DNA from: Actinomycetes bacterium
GTDB lineage: Bacteria > Actinomycetota > Acidimicrobiia > Acidimicrobiales > JAMCQF01
Reading direction: 5' to 3'
Assembly (NCBI GenBank): GCA_021851885.1
Contig: JAJZBS010000002.1
Location: 3,162 to 67,161, forward strand
Length of the DNA: 64,000 nt
Of this stretch, positions 35,044 through 43,578 are shown piece after piece. Position numbers and translations under genes: made by a program. The notes under the pieces are model-generated. The model ran no database searches and had not been told where the DNA came from. It was given only the letters and a program-made list of their open reading frames with translations. Every line of letters starts with the position of its first letter. Within the stretch, counting starts at the first letter, position 1.

Positions 35044-35504
35044 ACGACGCCGAAGTGGCCCGAATGCTCGATGAGCGGGCCATCGTCGAGGTGACCCACC
35101 GCTACTGCGCTGCCTTGGACGGCCACGACTGGCAGGCACTGGAGCGGTGCTTCACACCGGACGCCGTGGCTGTCTACGGAGGTGTCCCCGGCGAGCACGA
35201 CGGCCTCGACGCGATCAAAGAGGTGTGCCGGGCCTCGTTGGAGCCACTCGACGCATCGCAGCACCTGGTCGCCAACCATCTGGTGGAGCTGGCAGGCGAC
35301 ACCGCCGCGTCGCGCTGCTACGTGCGGGCCCAGCACTGCCGGCGGGAGCTACCCGACGGCGAGAACTTCATGATCGCCGGGACCTACGAGGACGAATGGC
35401 TCCGGACCGCCGACGGTTGGCGCATCACGCGGCGCGTCCTCGCGGTCACCTGGACTGAGGGCAACCCCATGGTACTGGCGCGAAACCGCCGGGAGGGGCT
35501 GTGA
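35040..35504 (+). CDS. NTF2/SnoaL-like domain protein
   Basis: ERAIVEVTHRYCAALDGHDWQALERCFTPDAV...SQHLVANHLV, with GTGA overlaps on both sides. Confidence 0.75.
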   Translation: MNDAEVARMLDERAIVEVTHRYCAALDGHDWQALERCFTPDAVAVYGGVPGEHDGLDAIKEVCRASLEPLDASQHLVANHLVELAGDTAASRCYVRAQHCRRELPDGENFMIAGTYEDEWLRTADGWRITRRVLAVTWTEGNPMVLARNRREGL

Positions 35505-36508
35505 TCCCGGCCACCATGCGGGGGCTACGCTTCCACCGCCACGGTGGCCCCGAGGTGCTGGTGTGGGACGAGCTGCCGGTGCCCGAGCCGGGGCCCGGCG
35601 AGGTACTCATACGCAGCCGCGGCTTCGCCGTGAACTGGGCCGACCTGATGGAGCGGGCGGGGGTCTACCCCGGAGCACCGGATCCCCCGTACGTGATGGG
35701 CCACGATCTGGCCGGCGACATCGTGGCCCACGGGCCCGGCGTGGAAGGTCCCGCCATCGGAACCCGCGTCTTCGGGTTGCTGCCACAGGCGGGCACCTCC
35801 GCGGAGTGGATCGTCGCCCGTGCCGGACAGGTGTACCCGGTTCCGGAGGCGCTGACAGATGCGGAGGCAGCGGGTCTCGGTTCGCCGTTCCTCACTGCCG
35901 ACGCCGCGCTCGTCACCATGGGGCGCCTGCAGGCGGGCGAGACCGTCCTCGTGCACGCGGCAGCCGGGGGCTTCGGTTCGGCGACGGTGCAGCTGTGCAA
36001 GGCCTATGGAGCGGGCACGGTCATCGCGACCGCCGGTTCGCCCGAGAAGCTCCAGCGGGTGGCGACACTGGGCGCCGACGTGACGGTCGACTACACGACC
36101 GAGGACTTCGTCGAGGTCGTGAAGCGGGTCACGGACGGGCGTGGCGTCGACCTGGTCATGGAGTCGGTGGGCGGCGATGTCCTGGCACGCAGCTTCGACT
36201 GCGTGCGCCCGGCCGGCCGGTTGGTGAGCGTGGGGGCAAGTTCCGGCCGCAGCACATCGCGCTTCCGGCTGCAGACCCTGTTCGAGACCGGCATCACCGT
36301 CGGCGGCTTCACCCTCGGGCAGTGGATCCAGCACGACCCGGAGCTCGTCGCCGCGAGCGTCGAGCGGGTCCTGCGCGTGCTCGCCGCGGGGGCGATCCAC
36401 CCTCTCGTGGCCCAGGTGTTCAAGCCCGAGGACATCGCCGACGCACACGTCTATCTGGCCGGCCGGCAGTCGGTCGGCCGGACGATCGTGCTCTTCCCCC
36501 AATCGTGA
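35501..36508 (+). CDS. NADPH:quinone oxidoreductase-like MDR protein
   Basis: PEPGPGEVLIRSRGFAVNWADL... and AAGGFGSATVQLCKAYGA. Confidence 0.85.
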   Translation: MIPATMRGLRFHRHGGPEVLVWDELPVPEPGPGEVLIRSRGFAVNWADLMERAGVYPGAPDPPYVMGHDLAGDIVAHGPGVEGPAIGTRVFGLLPQAGTSAEWIVARAGQVYPVPEALTDAEAAGLGSPFLTADAALVTMGRLQAGETVLVHAAAGGFGSATVQLCKAYGAGTVIATAGSPEKLQRVATLGADVTVDYTTEDFVEVVKRVTDGRGVDLVMESVGGDVLARSFDCVRPAGRLVSVGASSGRSTSRFRLQTLFETGITVGGFTLGQWIQHDPELVAASVERVLRVLAAGAIHPLVAQVFKPEDIADAHVYLAGRQSVGRTIVLFPQS

Positions 36509-36582
36509 CGCAGCGCCCCACCGCACCCGGTGAGCGAGACAGGAGATCGACCCATGCCTGAGATGTCCGTGGAGATGGCTCG

Positions 36583-37407
36583 GTGACGCCGGAGACGACA
36601 GTGCCGGCCGGTACACCGCCAGCAGCTGGCAGCTGGGCCTCGGCGCCTTCAGGCGATGCGACGCGGCTGCAGGGCCGGCGGGCCGTCGTGACCGGTGGCG
36701 GCCGGGGGCTCGGGCGTGCCGTCGCCTGGCGCCTGGCAGCCGAGGGCGCCAGCGTCGTCGTCGCCGACCTCAACGCCGAGGACCTGGAGCACACCGTGGC
36801 CGGGTCGCCGGTTGAGGGAGCGGTCCGGGCGGTGGTGGCCGACTGCGCGCGTGCCGACGGGATCCAGAGCGTCCTCGACGCCTGCGCCGCCCTGGGCGGC
36901 GTCGCAGACGCGCTCGTCAACAACGCGGCGGTCCTTTCAGGAGGGCTGGTCACCGAGGTGACCGAGGACGAGATCGAACGCGTGTTGCGGGTGAACACGA
37001 TGGGGCCGATGCTGGCCACCACGGCCTTCGCCGGCCGCCTGGTTGCCGCAGGTGCTCCGGGATCGGTGGTGAGCATCGCCTCCACCACGGCCCACATCGC
37101 TTCACTTCCTGCGCTCTCCACGTACGCCGCGTCCAAAGGAGCGGTGCTCGCCTACACGAGGGCGGCGGCCGTCGACTTGGCCCGCTACGGGATCCGGATC
37201 AATGCCGTCTCGCCCGGATGGATCCGCACCGATATGACCAGCAACCTCGGCGACGAGCGTGATGCGCCGTTACTGCGGCGGATCCCCATGCGCCGCCCGG
37301 CGGATCCGTCCGAGGTGGCTGCCGCCGTCGCGTGGCTGCTCTCTGACGACTCGGCGTACGTGACGGGAACGAGCGTGGCGGTCGACGGTGGCTGGCTCGC
37401 CTACTGA
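36583..37407 (+). CDS. SDR family oxidoreductase
   Basis: GRRAVVTGGGRGLGRA, NNAA and YAASKGA motifs. GTG start within a GTGA overlap with a 10-codon uORF (36554-36586). Confidence 0.85.
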   Translation: MTPETTVPAGTPPAAGSWASAPSGDATRLQGRRAVVTGGGRGLGRAVAWRLAAEGASVVVADLNAEDLEHTVAGSPVEGAVRAVVADCARADGIQSVLDACAALGGVADALVNNAAVLSGGLVTEVTEDEIERVLRVNTMGPMLATTAFAGRLVAAGAPGSVVSIASTTAHIASLPALSTYAASKGAVLAYTRAAAVDLARYGIRINAVSPGWIRTDMTSNLGDERDAPLLRRIPMRRPADPSEVAAAVAWLLSDDSAYVTGTSVAVDGGWLAY

Positions 37408-38251
37408 GCCCGGCGAGGCGCCGGGCGTGCCCCAGATCGGTGCTACCGAGTTGGTGCTGAGCCACTTCTGTCTCCGCTACGCCAGTTTCGAGGAGCGGGT
37501 AGAGGCGGCCGCGGTGGCCGGACTCTCCCAGATCGGTCTGTTCCACCGCAACTACGCGCAGCTCCTGGCCGACGGCGCCACCCCCAGCTCGCTGCGTGCC
37601 GTCCTCAATCGCCACGGTGTGCGGGTGAGCGAGCTCGAAGTCCTCCGCCCGTGGGCGGAGGACGAGCGGGGGCGGGCTGCGGCGGCCGACGGGGTCCGGC
37701 TGGTCATGGAGATGGCCGAGACCTTCGGGGCCCGGTACCTGCAGGTGATCGGACCGTGCCCACCGGACATGGACCGTGCAGCCGAGGTGCTGGCCGGGCT
37801 GTGTGACCGCGCCGCTGAAGTCGGCCTGATCGTGGGGGTGGAGTTCCTGCCCTTCACGAACATCGCCGACGCGGGGGTAGCGCTCGACCTGGTGCTGCGG
37901 GCGGACCGGCCCAACGCCGGGATCTGCATCGACAGCTGGCACCACTTCCGTGGCGCCGACGACTGGTCGTTGCTCGAGCGCCTGCCGCCGGAACGCATCG
38001 CCGCCGTGCAGCTCAACGACGGGCCGCTGGTGCCCGAAGGCCCCGACTACCTGGAGGACTGCCTGGCCAACCGGCGGGTCCCCGGCGAGGGGGCCTTCGA
38101 CTTGCCGCGCCTGGTCGGGCTGTTGCGCTCGCGGGGGGTCAGCGTGCCGCTCTCGATGGAGGTGATCTCGAACAAGCTGGACGCGTTGCCACCCACCGTA
38201 GCTGTGCAGCGGATCGTGGACGGCACCCGCTCCCTGCTGGCTGAATCCTGA
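37388..38251 (+). CDS. Sugar-phosphate isomerase/epimerase (xylose-isomerase-like TIM barrel) family protein
   Basis: ...GARYLQVIGP...GLIVGVEFLPFTNI...GICIDSWHHFRG... is typical of the AP-endonuclease-2/TIM family. Overlaps the previous gene by 20 nt. Confidence 0.7.
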   Translation: MAGSPTEPGEAPGVPQIGATELVLSHFCLRYASFEERVEAAAVAGLSQIGLFHRNYAQLLADGATPSSLRAVLNRHGVRVSELEVLRPWAEDERGRAAAADGVRLVMEMAETFGARYLQVIGPCPPDMDRAAEVLAGLCDRAAEVGLIVGVEFLPFTNIADAGVALDLVLRADRPNAGICIDSWHHFRGADDWSLLERLPPERIAAVQLNDGPLVPEGPDYLEDCLANRRVPGEGAFDLPRLVGLLRSRGVSVPLSMEVISNKLDALPPTVAVQRIVDGTRSLLAES

Positions 38252-38282
38252 CGGGCAGGCCTGTCCCGGCCGGCGGGGCCGG

Positions 38283-38843
38283 CTAGGTCCCGGCCGGCGG
38301 TAAGTGGGTCTCGCTCCGCCCGGCCGGCGGAGCCGCCCGGCCTGGCCGGTCGATCAGGTCCCAGGCCACGTCGAAGTCTCGGTGGCCGGCGACCTGCAGG
38401 TGCCGCACGGTGATCCTCCAGCCGCCGTGCCGCCGGGCCAGGACGTCGTGGTATTCGCCGAAGAGCCGGGCATCGGGGGTCGGTCCGGGAACGTGGTGCC
38501 ACGCCAGGACCGAGCTGGCGGCTGTGGCCTGGTCGCCGTCCAGGGTGACGACCGGGCTGCTCAGCTGGTGACTGGTGGCGGCGAACCGCCGGAGCCCGGC
38601 GGCCAGGGAGTGGGCCAGGTGATCGAGCCCTCGCCGCTCGCCGCCCATCCCAGGTCCGCGGTCGACAACGCAGTCCTCGGTGAAGACCTCCGCAAGCCGG
38701 TCGGTGGCGATGCGGTCGACGAGGTGGTAGTAGCGGTGCAGCACCTCGACGATGGCGGCACGGTCCTCTATCGCCCGCAGGCGCTGCTCCACGTCGCCGA
38801 TCTGAACGCCGGTCGCCGGCCCGTCGCCCTGGTGCTCCGCCAT
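38283..38843 (-). CDS. NTF2/SnoaL-like domain protein
   Basis: RLRAIEDRAAIVEVLHRYYHLVDRIATDRLAEVFTEDCV...TSHQLSSPVV. ATG 38843 has no SD and lies 10 nt from site O9 (short or absent leader). Confidence 0.75.
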   Translation of the reverse strand: MAEHQGDGPATGVQIGDVEQRLRAIEDRAAIVEVLHRYYHLVDRIATDRLAEVFTEDCVVDRGPGMGGERRGLDHLAHSLAAGLRRFAATSHQLSSPVVTLDGDQATAASSVLAWHHVPGPTPDARLFGEYHDVLARRHGGWRITVRHLQVAGHRDFDVAWDLIDRPGRAAPPAGRSETHLPPAGT

Positions 38844-38852
38844 AATTACCGA

Positions 38853-38867
38853 TAACGTAGGACGTAA
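38853..38867. promoter_or_regulatory. Dyad operator site O9
   Basis: TAACGTAGGACGTAA with a perfect core, fused to TAAAAT (38865-38870). The region is divergent. Confidence 0.6.
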
Positions 38868-38908
38868 AATCTGGACGCGCAAGGGATCGGGACCCGGGGA
38901 GGGACGCA

Positions 38909-39409
38909 ATGCCGGGACGTTGGGAAGCCTACGAGGAGCTGCAGCGGTACCCGCTGACGGCGGAACGACGCGACCTGCTCCTGGCCGAAGCGGTCGAGTG
39001 CGCAGTCACCTGGATCGATGCCGACGGCTGGCCGATGGGAGTGGTCCACTGGTTCGTGTGGGAGCGCGGGCGGTTCTTCGTGACAGCGGGGACAAGGCGC
39101 ACCCGGGTGGCAGCCCTGCGGGAGCGCGCCCAGTCCTCCGTCATCGTCTCCGGATCGGGCACGTCGCTCGGCCCGGGCCTGTCGGTCACCGCCGTGACCC
39201 GGGCCCTGGTGCACGACGACGAGGAGACATTGCGCTGGTTCGCCGCTGCACTGTCTGGCAAGGCACATCGAGGGAACCCCGCGATGGCGGCGCGTTTCGA
39301 ACGGATGCTGGTGGAGACCGATCGGGTGGTCATCGAGCTGGAGCCACTGCGATTCGTCTCCCACGACGGCGCGAGGATGGGTGCCGCCGTGCAGAAGCTC
39401 CCGGCGTAG
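38909..39409 (+). CDS. Pyridoxamine-5'-phosphate-oxidase-like (FMN/F420-binding split-barrel) family protein
   Basis: 166 aa; ...CAVTWIDADGWPMGVVHWFVWERGRFFVTAGTRRTRVAALRE... resembles PPOX-class proteins. GGGGAGGGA precedes the ATG. Confidence 0.55.
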   Translation: MPGRWEAYEELQRYPLTAERRDLLLAEAVECAVTWIDADGWPMGVVHWFVWERGRFFVTAGTRRTRVAALRERAQSSVIVSGSGTSLGPGLSVTAVTRALVHDDEETLRWFAAALSGKAHRGNPAMAARFERMLVETDRVVIELEPLRFVSHDGARMGAAVQKLPA

Positions 39410-39480
39410 GGCCGACCGGGCAACGATCGTCCACCGCGTCCTGGACCCGCCCGGTTCGCCAGCGATCGGCCCGGCGCCGG

Positions 39481-40512
39481 TCAGTGGGGATCGACCAGGA
39501 CCTTGGTGTCGGATGAGCGTCCGGCGGCGAGCTCCTGGAGCACGCCGCCGAGCTCCTCGAGGTTCACGGTGCGGCTGTGCAACGGCGACACCCGCACCCG
39601 GCCGTCGGCGATGAGCGACATGGCGCTGTGCTGGTCCTGGCGGGCGAACCCTACGGAGGCCACCATGGTGATGTCCTTGCCGAGCCATCGGGAAGGGTCG
39701 ATGGTGGCCGCCTCCTCGATATAACCGAGCATCGCCGTGACCCCACCGTGGCGCGTCAGGTCAACGGCGGCCTGCAGCAGCGGTGGGTGCCCGGCGCACT
39801 CGAAGACCACATCGCCGCCGGCGCCGCCAGTCACGTCGAGGACGCCGGCGACGGCCTCATCGCCGGGTGCGAGCACCAGGTCTGCTCCCACCTCGCGCGC
39901 CGCCGCACGGCGGCCCGGATCTGGCTCGATGACGACGACGGTCGCCGCACCTGCTGCCCGGGCGAACTGCAGGGTGAGGAGGCCGATGGGGCCTGCGCCC
40001 TGGACGACGGCGACATCGCCCAGGCCGACGCCGCTACGCCGCACGCCTCGGTGGGCCACTGACGCCGGCTCGATGAGCGCCGCCTCCTCGTCGCTCAGCT
40101 GGGGGTGGACCCGCACCAGGCGTTCGGCGGCGACAGCCAGTGCCGGGGCGAATCCGCCATGGGGGGGAGCCAGGGGGTCGCGACCGAGCAGCATGGCCCG
40201 TGCCGCACGGCACGACCCCGGCCGACCCGCAGCGCAGTCGGGGCAGACCCCGCACGGTGCGCGGACCGCTACGACGACCCGGTCGCCGGGAGCCAGCCCG
40301 CCGGCCTCGTCGCCCACGTCGCGCACCGTGCCCGTCCACTCGTGTCCGAACAGCGACGGGTGCGACGGCATCCCCGTCCGGTAGGCGCCCACGTCGGTGC
40401 CGCACACGCCGCAGTACCGGATGTCGACCACCACCCCACCAGGTGCAGGGTGGGGCTCGGGCACCTCGACCAGCTCGATCTGGCGTGCCCCCGTGATGAG
40501 CGCTGCTCGCAC
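39481..40512 (-). CDS. Zn-dependent alcohol dehydrogenase (MDR, threonine/butanediol-dehydrogenase-like)
   Basis: CGVCGTDV and GHEWTG motifs, a structural-zinc Cys cluster (CGVCPDCAAGRPGSC), and VQGAGPIGLL. Confidence 0.88.
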   Translation of the reverse strand: MRAALITGARQIELVEVPEPHPAPGGVVVDIRYCGVCGTDVGAYRTGMPSHPSLFGHEWTGTVRDVGDEAGGLAPGDRVVVAVRAPCGVCPDCAAGRPGSCRAARAMLLGRDPLAPPHGGFAPALAVAAERLVRVHPQLSDEEAALIEPASVAHRGVRRSGVGLGDVAVVQGAGPIGLLTLQFARAAGAATVVVIEPDPGRRAAAREVGADLVLAPGDEAVAGVLDVTGGAGGDVVFECAGHPPLLQAAVDLTRHGGVTAMLGYIEEAATIDPSRWLGKDITMVASVGFARQDQHSAMSLIADGRVRVSPLHSRTVNLEELGGVLQELAAGRSSDTKVLVDPH

Positions 40513-40578
40513 GGTCTCCTCCTCGCGTGTCCGGTCCCTGATCGCGGTGGCGAACGGCCACCGAGGCGACCTAGTTTC

Positions 40579-40593
40579 TTACGCTTGACGTCG
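40579..40593. promoter_or_regulatory. Dyad operator site O10
   Basis: TTACGCTTGACGTCG with one core mismatch, in a divergent region. AAATAGATAG lies downstream, and GCGTAAGAA is on the other strand. Confidence 0.45.
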
Positions 40594-40625
40594 CACGGCA
40601 AATAGATAGCCTTTCTGGGACGGAC

Positions 40626-40692
40626 GAGCGACGGGCATGAGCGTGGAGCGACGGGCATGAGCGTGGAGCGACGGGCATGAGCGTGGAGCGAC
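40626..40692. repeat. 20-bp tandem repeat gagcgacgggcatgagcgtg x3.35, spanning the start codon
   Basis: Units at 40626, 40646 and 40666 plus a partial unit to 40692. ATGs lie at 40637, 40657 and 40677. The first two open MSVERRA-stop mini-ORFs, each ending in an ATGA overlap with the next ATG. Confidence 0.9.
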
Positions 40693-41165
40693 CTGTGGTC
40701 GACCTGCCGACGGAGCAATTCCACGTCGGTGCCCGGGTCGGTGACCTGGAGGTGTCCATGGACCTGCTGGCGCAGGCGCTGGGCCTCAGGTGGGCGGTCG
40801 TCGTCGAGCGCGACCAGCGTGTGTGGACGCCGTCGGCCGGTGCCACCACGGTGCCGCTCCGGTTCACCTACTCGTGCCAAGGGCCCCAGCACGTGGAGCT
40901 CCTGCAGGGTTCGCCCGGCTCGTTGTGGGACGGGAACCATCTGCCTGGCCTGCACCATCTCGGCGTCTGGGCGGACGACGTCGCTGCTGAGACGGAAAGC
41001 CTCATCGATGCGGGCTGGACCGTCGATGGGGCCGAGCGGCCCCCCGAAGAAGGGTATGGAGTCATGAGCTATGTGAGATCTCCGGCCGGCCTGCTGGTCG
41101 AACTGGTCAGCCGGAGCGTCGAGCCCGCGTTCGAGCGGTGGTGGGCGGGCGGCGAGCTGCGATGA
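40677..41165 (+). CDS. VOC (glyoxalase/dioxygenase-like) family protein
   Basis: 162 aa; FHVGARVGDLEVSMDLL...HVELLQG...LHHLGVWADDV... is a VOC pattern. It uses the third ATG of the tandem repeat. Confidence 0.7.
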   Translation: MSVERPVVDLPTEQFHVGARVGDLEVSMDLLAQALGLRWAVVVERDQRVWTPSAGATTVPLRFTYSCQGPQHVELLQGSPGSLWDGNHLPGLHHLGVWADDVAAETESLIDAGWTVDGAERPPEEGYGVMSYVRSPAGLLVELVSRSVEPAFERWWAGGELR

Positions 41166-41719
41166 CCGTGGACGCAGAACGGACGTCCGACACCGGCCGA
41201 TCGCTGATCGCGGACGTGGAGCTCCTCATGGCCGAGCGGGCCATCCGGCGGGTCCTCCATGCGTACTCGCGTGGTGTCGACCGGCTCGACCTCGAGGCTG
41301 TGCGCGCCTGCTACTGGCCCGAGGGCACCGACGACCATGGGGATTACCGGGGCGGGGTGGACGGGTTCATCGACTTCCTGCGGGACGTTCTCGCTCGCCA
41401 TGACGCCACGAACCATTTCCTCGGGAACACATTGATCGACGTCGACATCGACGCGGGCGTGGCCCGTTCCGAAACGTACGCGATCGCTCATCACCGGCAC
41501 ACCCGGCGAGATGGGCAGCCGGCCGACATGGTCGCCGGCCTGCGCTACGTCGACCGTTTCGAGCGGCGCGCCGACGAATGGCGCATCGCAGCCCGGGTCT
41601 GCGCCTTCGACTGGTGGCGCAATGACCCGGTCAGAGGCGACGTCTCGTGGGGACCCGGGTTCGTCCTCGGCGTCCGCTCGAGCGACGACATCGTGTACCA
41701 CATCCTCGAAACGTCCTGA
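41162..41719 (+). CDS. NTF2/SnoaL-like domain protein
   Basis: ERAIRRVLHAYSRGVDRLDLEAVRACYWPEG...TNHFLGNTLI, with an ATGA overlap with the VOC gene. Confidence 0.75.
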   Translation: MTVDAERTSDTGRSLIADVELLMAERAIRRVLHAYSRGVDRLDLEAVRACYWPEGTDDHGDYRGGVDGFIDFLRDVLARHDATNHFLGNTLIDVDIDAGVARSETYAIAHHRHTRRDGQPADMVAGLRYVDRFERRADEWRIAARVCAFDWWRNDPVRGDVSWGPGFVLGVRSSDDIVYHILETS

Positions 41720-41723
41720 TCCC

Positions 41724-42401
41724 GTGTTGACGAGCGTGGTGCTCTTCATCGGCGGATCGTCGGGCGCAGCACAGTCGGAGGAGGCGGTGGACCGGGTGCT
41801 GGAGCACGTCCGATCGCGCTCCGGCGCCGTGGTGGCCCGGGGAGCCGCGGACGCCGGTCTGCTGGGAGGCGACACGACGCACGGGGCGGAGACTGCTGCG
41901 GGACCGGCGTTCACCGCCGCCGTCCACCTCAGCTTCGAGGACGGGGCACCCGAGCCGGAGCTGGTTTTGCAAGGGCTGGCCAAGACGCTGGACGGTGTCG
42001 CCGACCCGTCGGCCTGTGCCGTCGTCGCCGGCACCGAACACATCATCGTGCCTGGCCAACAGCAGCTGTTGCTGGCCATGGCCATCCGGCGGCTGCCGGA
42101 GCTCACCCACGAACGATTCGAGGAGCACTGGTCGACCGTGCACGCCGACCTCGGTCGCAGCGTGCCCGGTTCGGAGGGCTATCGGCAGGTCCGCACCGAC
42201 GATGCGCTCATTCGCCGCGTCGCACCGGCATCGGGATTCGGTCTCGTTGACCTCGATGGCGCCGCGCTGGCCTACTACTCGAGCCACGAGGCGATGCTGC
42301 GGATCCTGGGGGACCCTGACGTCTCGGGGCGGTTGATGGAAGACGAGCGGACCTTCATCGACCACAGCAGCTCGGCCCTGGTGTGCGGTTGGAGCCGCTG
42401 A
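41724..42401 (+). CDS. EthD domain-containing protein
   Basis: The C-terminal half, LLAMAIRRLPELTHERFEEHWSTVHADLG...GAALAYYSSHEAM, is EthD-like. GTG 41724 lies 5 nt after the previous stop; the start is uncertain. Confidence 0.6.
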   Translation: MLTSVVLFIGGSSGAAQSEEAVDRVLEHVRSRSGAVVARGAADAGLLGGDTTHGAETAAGPAFTAAVHLSFEDGAPEPELVLQGLAKTLDGVADPSACAVVAGTEHIIVPGQQQLLLAMAIRRLPELTHERFEEHWSTVHADLGRSVPGSEGYRQVRTDDALIRRVAPASGFGLVDLDGAALAYYSSHEAMLRILGDPDVSGRLMEDERTFIDHSSSALVCGWSR

Positions 42402-42438
42402 CACCGGCCGGCAAAGAAGACCGTCCCATTCCAGGACT

Positions 42439-42458
42439 GCCTCGACCTACATCGAGGC
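42439..42458 (+). terminator. Possible hairpin terminator after the EthD gene
   Basis: GCCTCGA (42439-45) pairs with TCGAGGC (42452-58), with a 6-nt loop and no U-tract. Confidence 0.3.
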
Positions 42459-42465
42459 ATGAATC

Positions 42466-42480
42466 TGACGTGTGACGTCA
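42466..42480. promoter_or_regulatory. Dyad operator site O11 (orphan, faces an IS-like remnant)
   Basis: TGACGTGTGACGTCA with perfect arms. GTGACG is followed after 17 nt by TAGTGT (42495). Confidence 0.55.
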
Positions 42481-42628
42481 ACAAGCCAGAATGAGTAGTG
42501 TGGCGTCTTGAGGTTGAAATTTCGGCGGGCGGAGGTGAGGGCCTCAGCCCCGCTGAACCGGTCCAGGATCCGTGGAGACTCGGCGGATTCAACCGGTCGT
42601 CGCAACACCTCGATGAGGGAGGTGTGCG

Positions 42629-42975
42629 ATGAAACGTGGCACGAAACAGTTGGCGGAGGCGCCGGCGGGTGCCAGGCGGCAGTGGCGGCGGACCGGGCGC
42701 TGCGCGCACCGATGCGTTCGTCCGGGCGACCTGAGCCCTCGCGGTCGGTGCAGCGGGAGTTCTGGCGGCTGATCGTCACGGGGATCACGACGGTGGAAGC
42801 GTCGGCCGGCGTGGGCTTGTCGGTCCCCGTCGGGACGCGGTGGTCGTCGCGTCTGGGGGACCCTCAGCTCTGGCTAGCCCTCGTACACCACTCTGGTGGA
42901 CTCAACTGCCGGAAGCGGACCGCGACCCACGGGCTCCGGGCCGCGGCAGCCGGGCATTCCTGGTCTCTCGTAGGG
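42629..42975 (+). mobile_element. Possible IS30-like transposase 5' remnant (HTH region only, frameshifted, truncated)
   Basis: GGGAGG plus ATG 42629 opens MKRGTKQLAEAP... A second frame reads RSVQREFWRLIVTGITTVEASAGVGLSVPVGTRW, which resembles the N-terminal HTH of actinobacterial IS30-type transposases (recall only). No catalytic domain and no inverted repeats were identified. Confidence 0.3.
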
Positions 42976-42996
42976 TACGCTTTACGTCATACGTAA
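42975..42996. promoter_or_regulatory. Dyad operator site O12 (two overlapping sites offset by 7 nt)
   Basis: In GTACGCTTTACGTCATACGTAA, the distal site TTACGTCATACGTAA has perfect arms. It is followed by TAAGCG. Confidence 0.6.
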
Positions 42997-43059
42997 GCGA
43001 TGGAGGGCGTGGGCCACCCACCTGGGTGTCGACCCAGCCGTACCACCGGAGGCCGATGC

Positions 43060-43578
43060 GTGAGACCGACAGCGGAGGAACTGCTGGCGAGCCTACGGCT
43101 GTCCCTGAACGACACCGTGGCGCTGAAGATCGAGGATCGGTGGGCGCGTTACGTCGCCACCGCCATGGACCTCGTGCTGCAGCACCTGCAGCTACGACTG
43201 GCAGGAGAGCTCGACACCATGGACGCCGACAGTCTCGACATGGCGGAGACCCTGGCGGCCGTGGCTGGGCAGGCTGTCCGCCACGGGGAGGAGGGCGGCC
43301 AGGACCAGGACAAGTGGTCTGCCCTGCTGCAGCGGCTCGGCACGGCGGCGCCGGGCGATCCCGCCCGGCGCGTCGATGAGGCGGTCGCCCGCAACGAGGC
43401 ACTCCGGGGGCGAGTCGTGGACGTGTTGCGGTGGCTCGACGAGATCGACCCGGACGACGTGGACCCGGAGCTGCACGGCGTACGGGATGAGCTGCACCGT
43501 ATGGTCCGGCGCCAGGTGGGGCGGCTCGTCCCGTTCGTGGAGCCGCTCTACATGAGCTTCCGGCCGGGAGGTGCGTGA
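43060..43578 (+). CDS. Hypothetical helical protein (172 aa), translationally coupled to a kinase-like gene
   Basis: GGAGG lies 7 nt before GTG 43060. Acidic, helix-like sequence, with no family recognised. Its stop overlaps the next gene's start. Confidence 0.55.
   Translation: MRPTAEELLASLRLSLNDTVALKIEDRWARYVATAMDLVLQHLQLRLAGELDTMDADSLDMAETLAAVAGQAVRHGEEGGQDQDKWSALLQRLGTAAPGDPARRVDEAVARNEALRGRVVDVLRWLDEIDPDDVDPELHGVRDELHRMVRRQVGRLVPFVEPLYMSFRPGGA

Noticed and set aside
40626-40692. Possible CRISPR array suggested by the repeated 20-mers.
   Set aside because: The units are directly adjacent with no spacers, there are only 3.35 copies, they lie across a start codon, and no cas genes are present. 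It is a simple tandem repeat.
43000-43059. ATG 43000 as the start of the hypothetical protein (the ORF-track start).
   Set aside because: It directly abuts the dyad/-10-like TAAGCG with no room for a TSS or SD. GTG 43060 has GGAGG 7 nt upstream.
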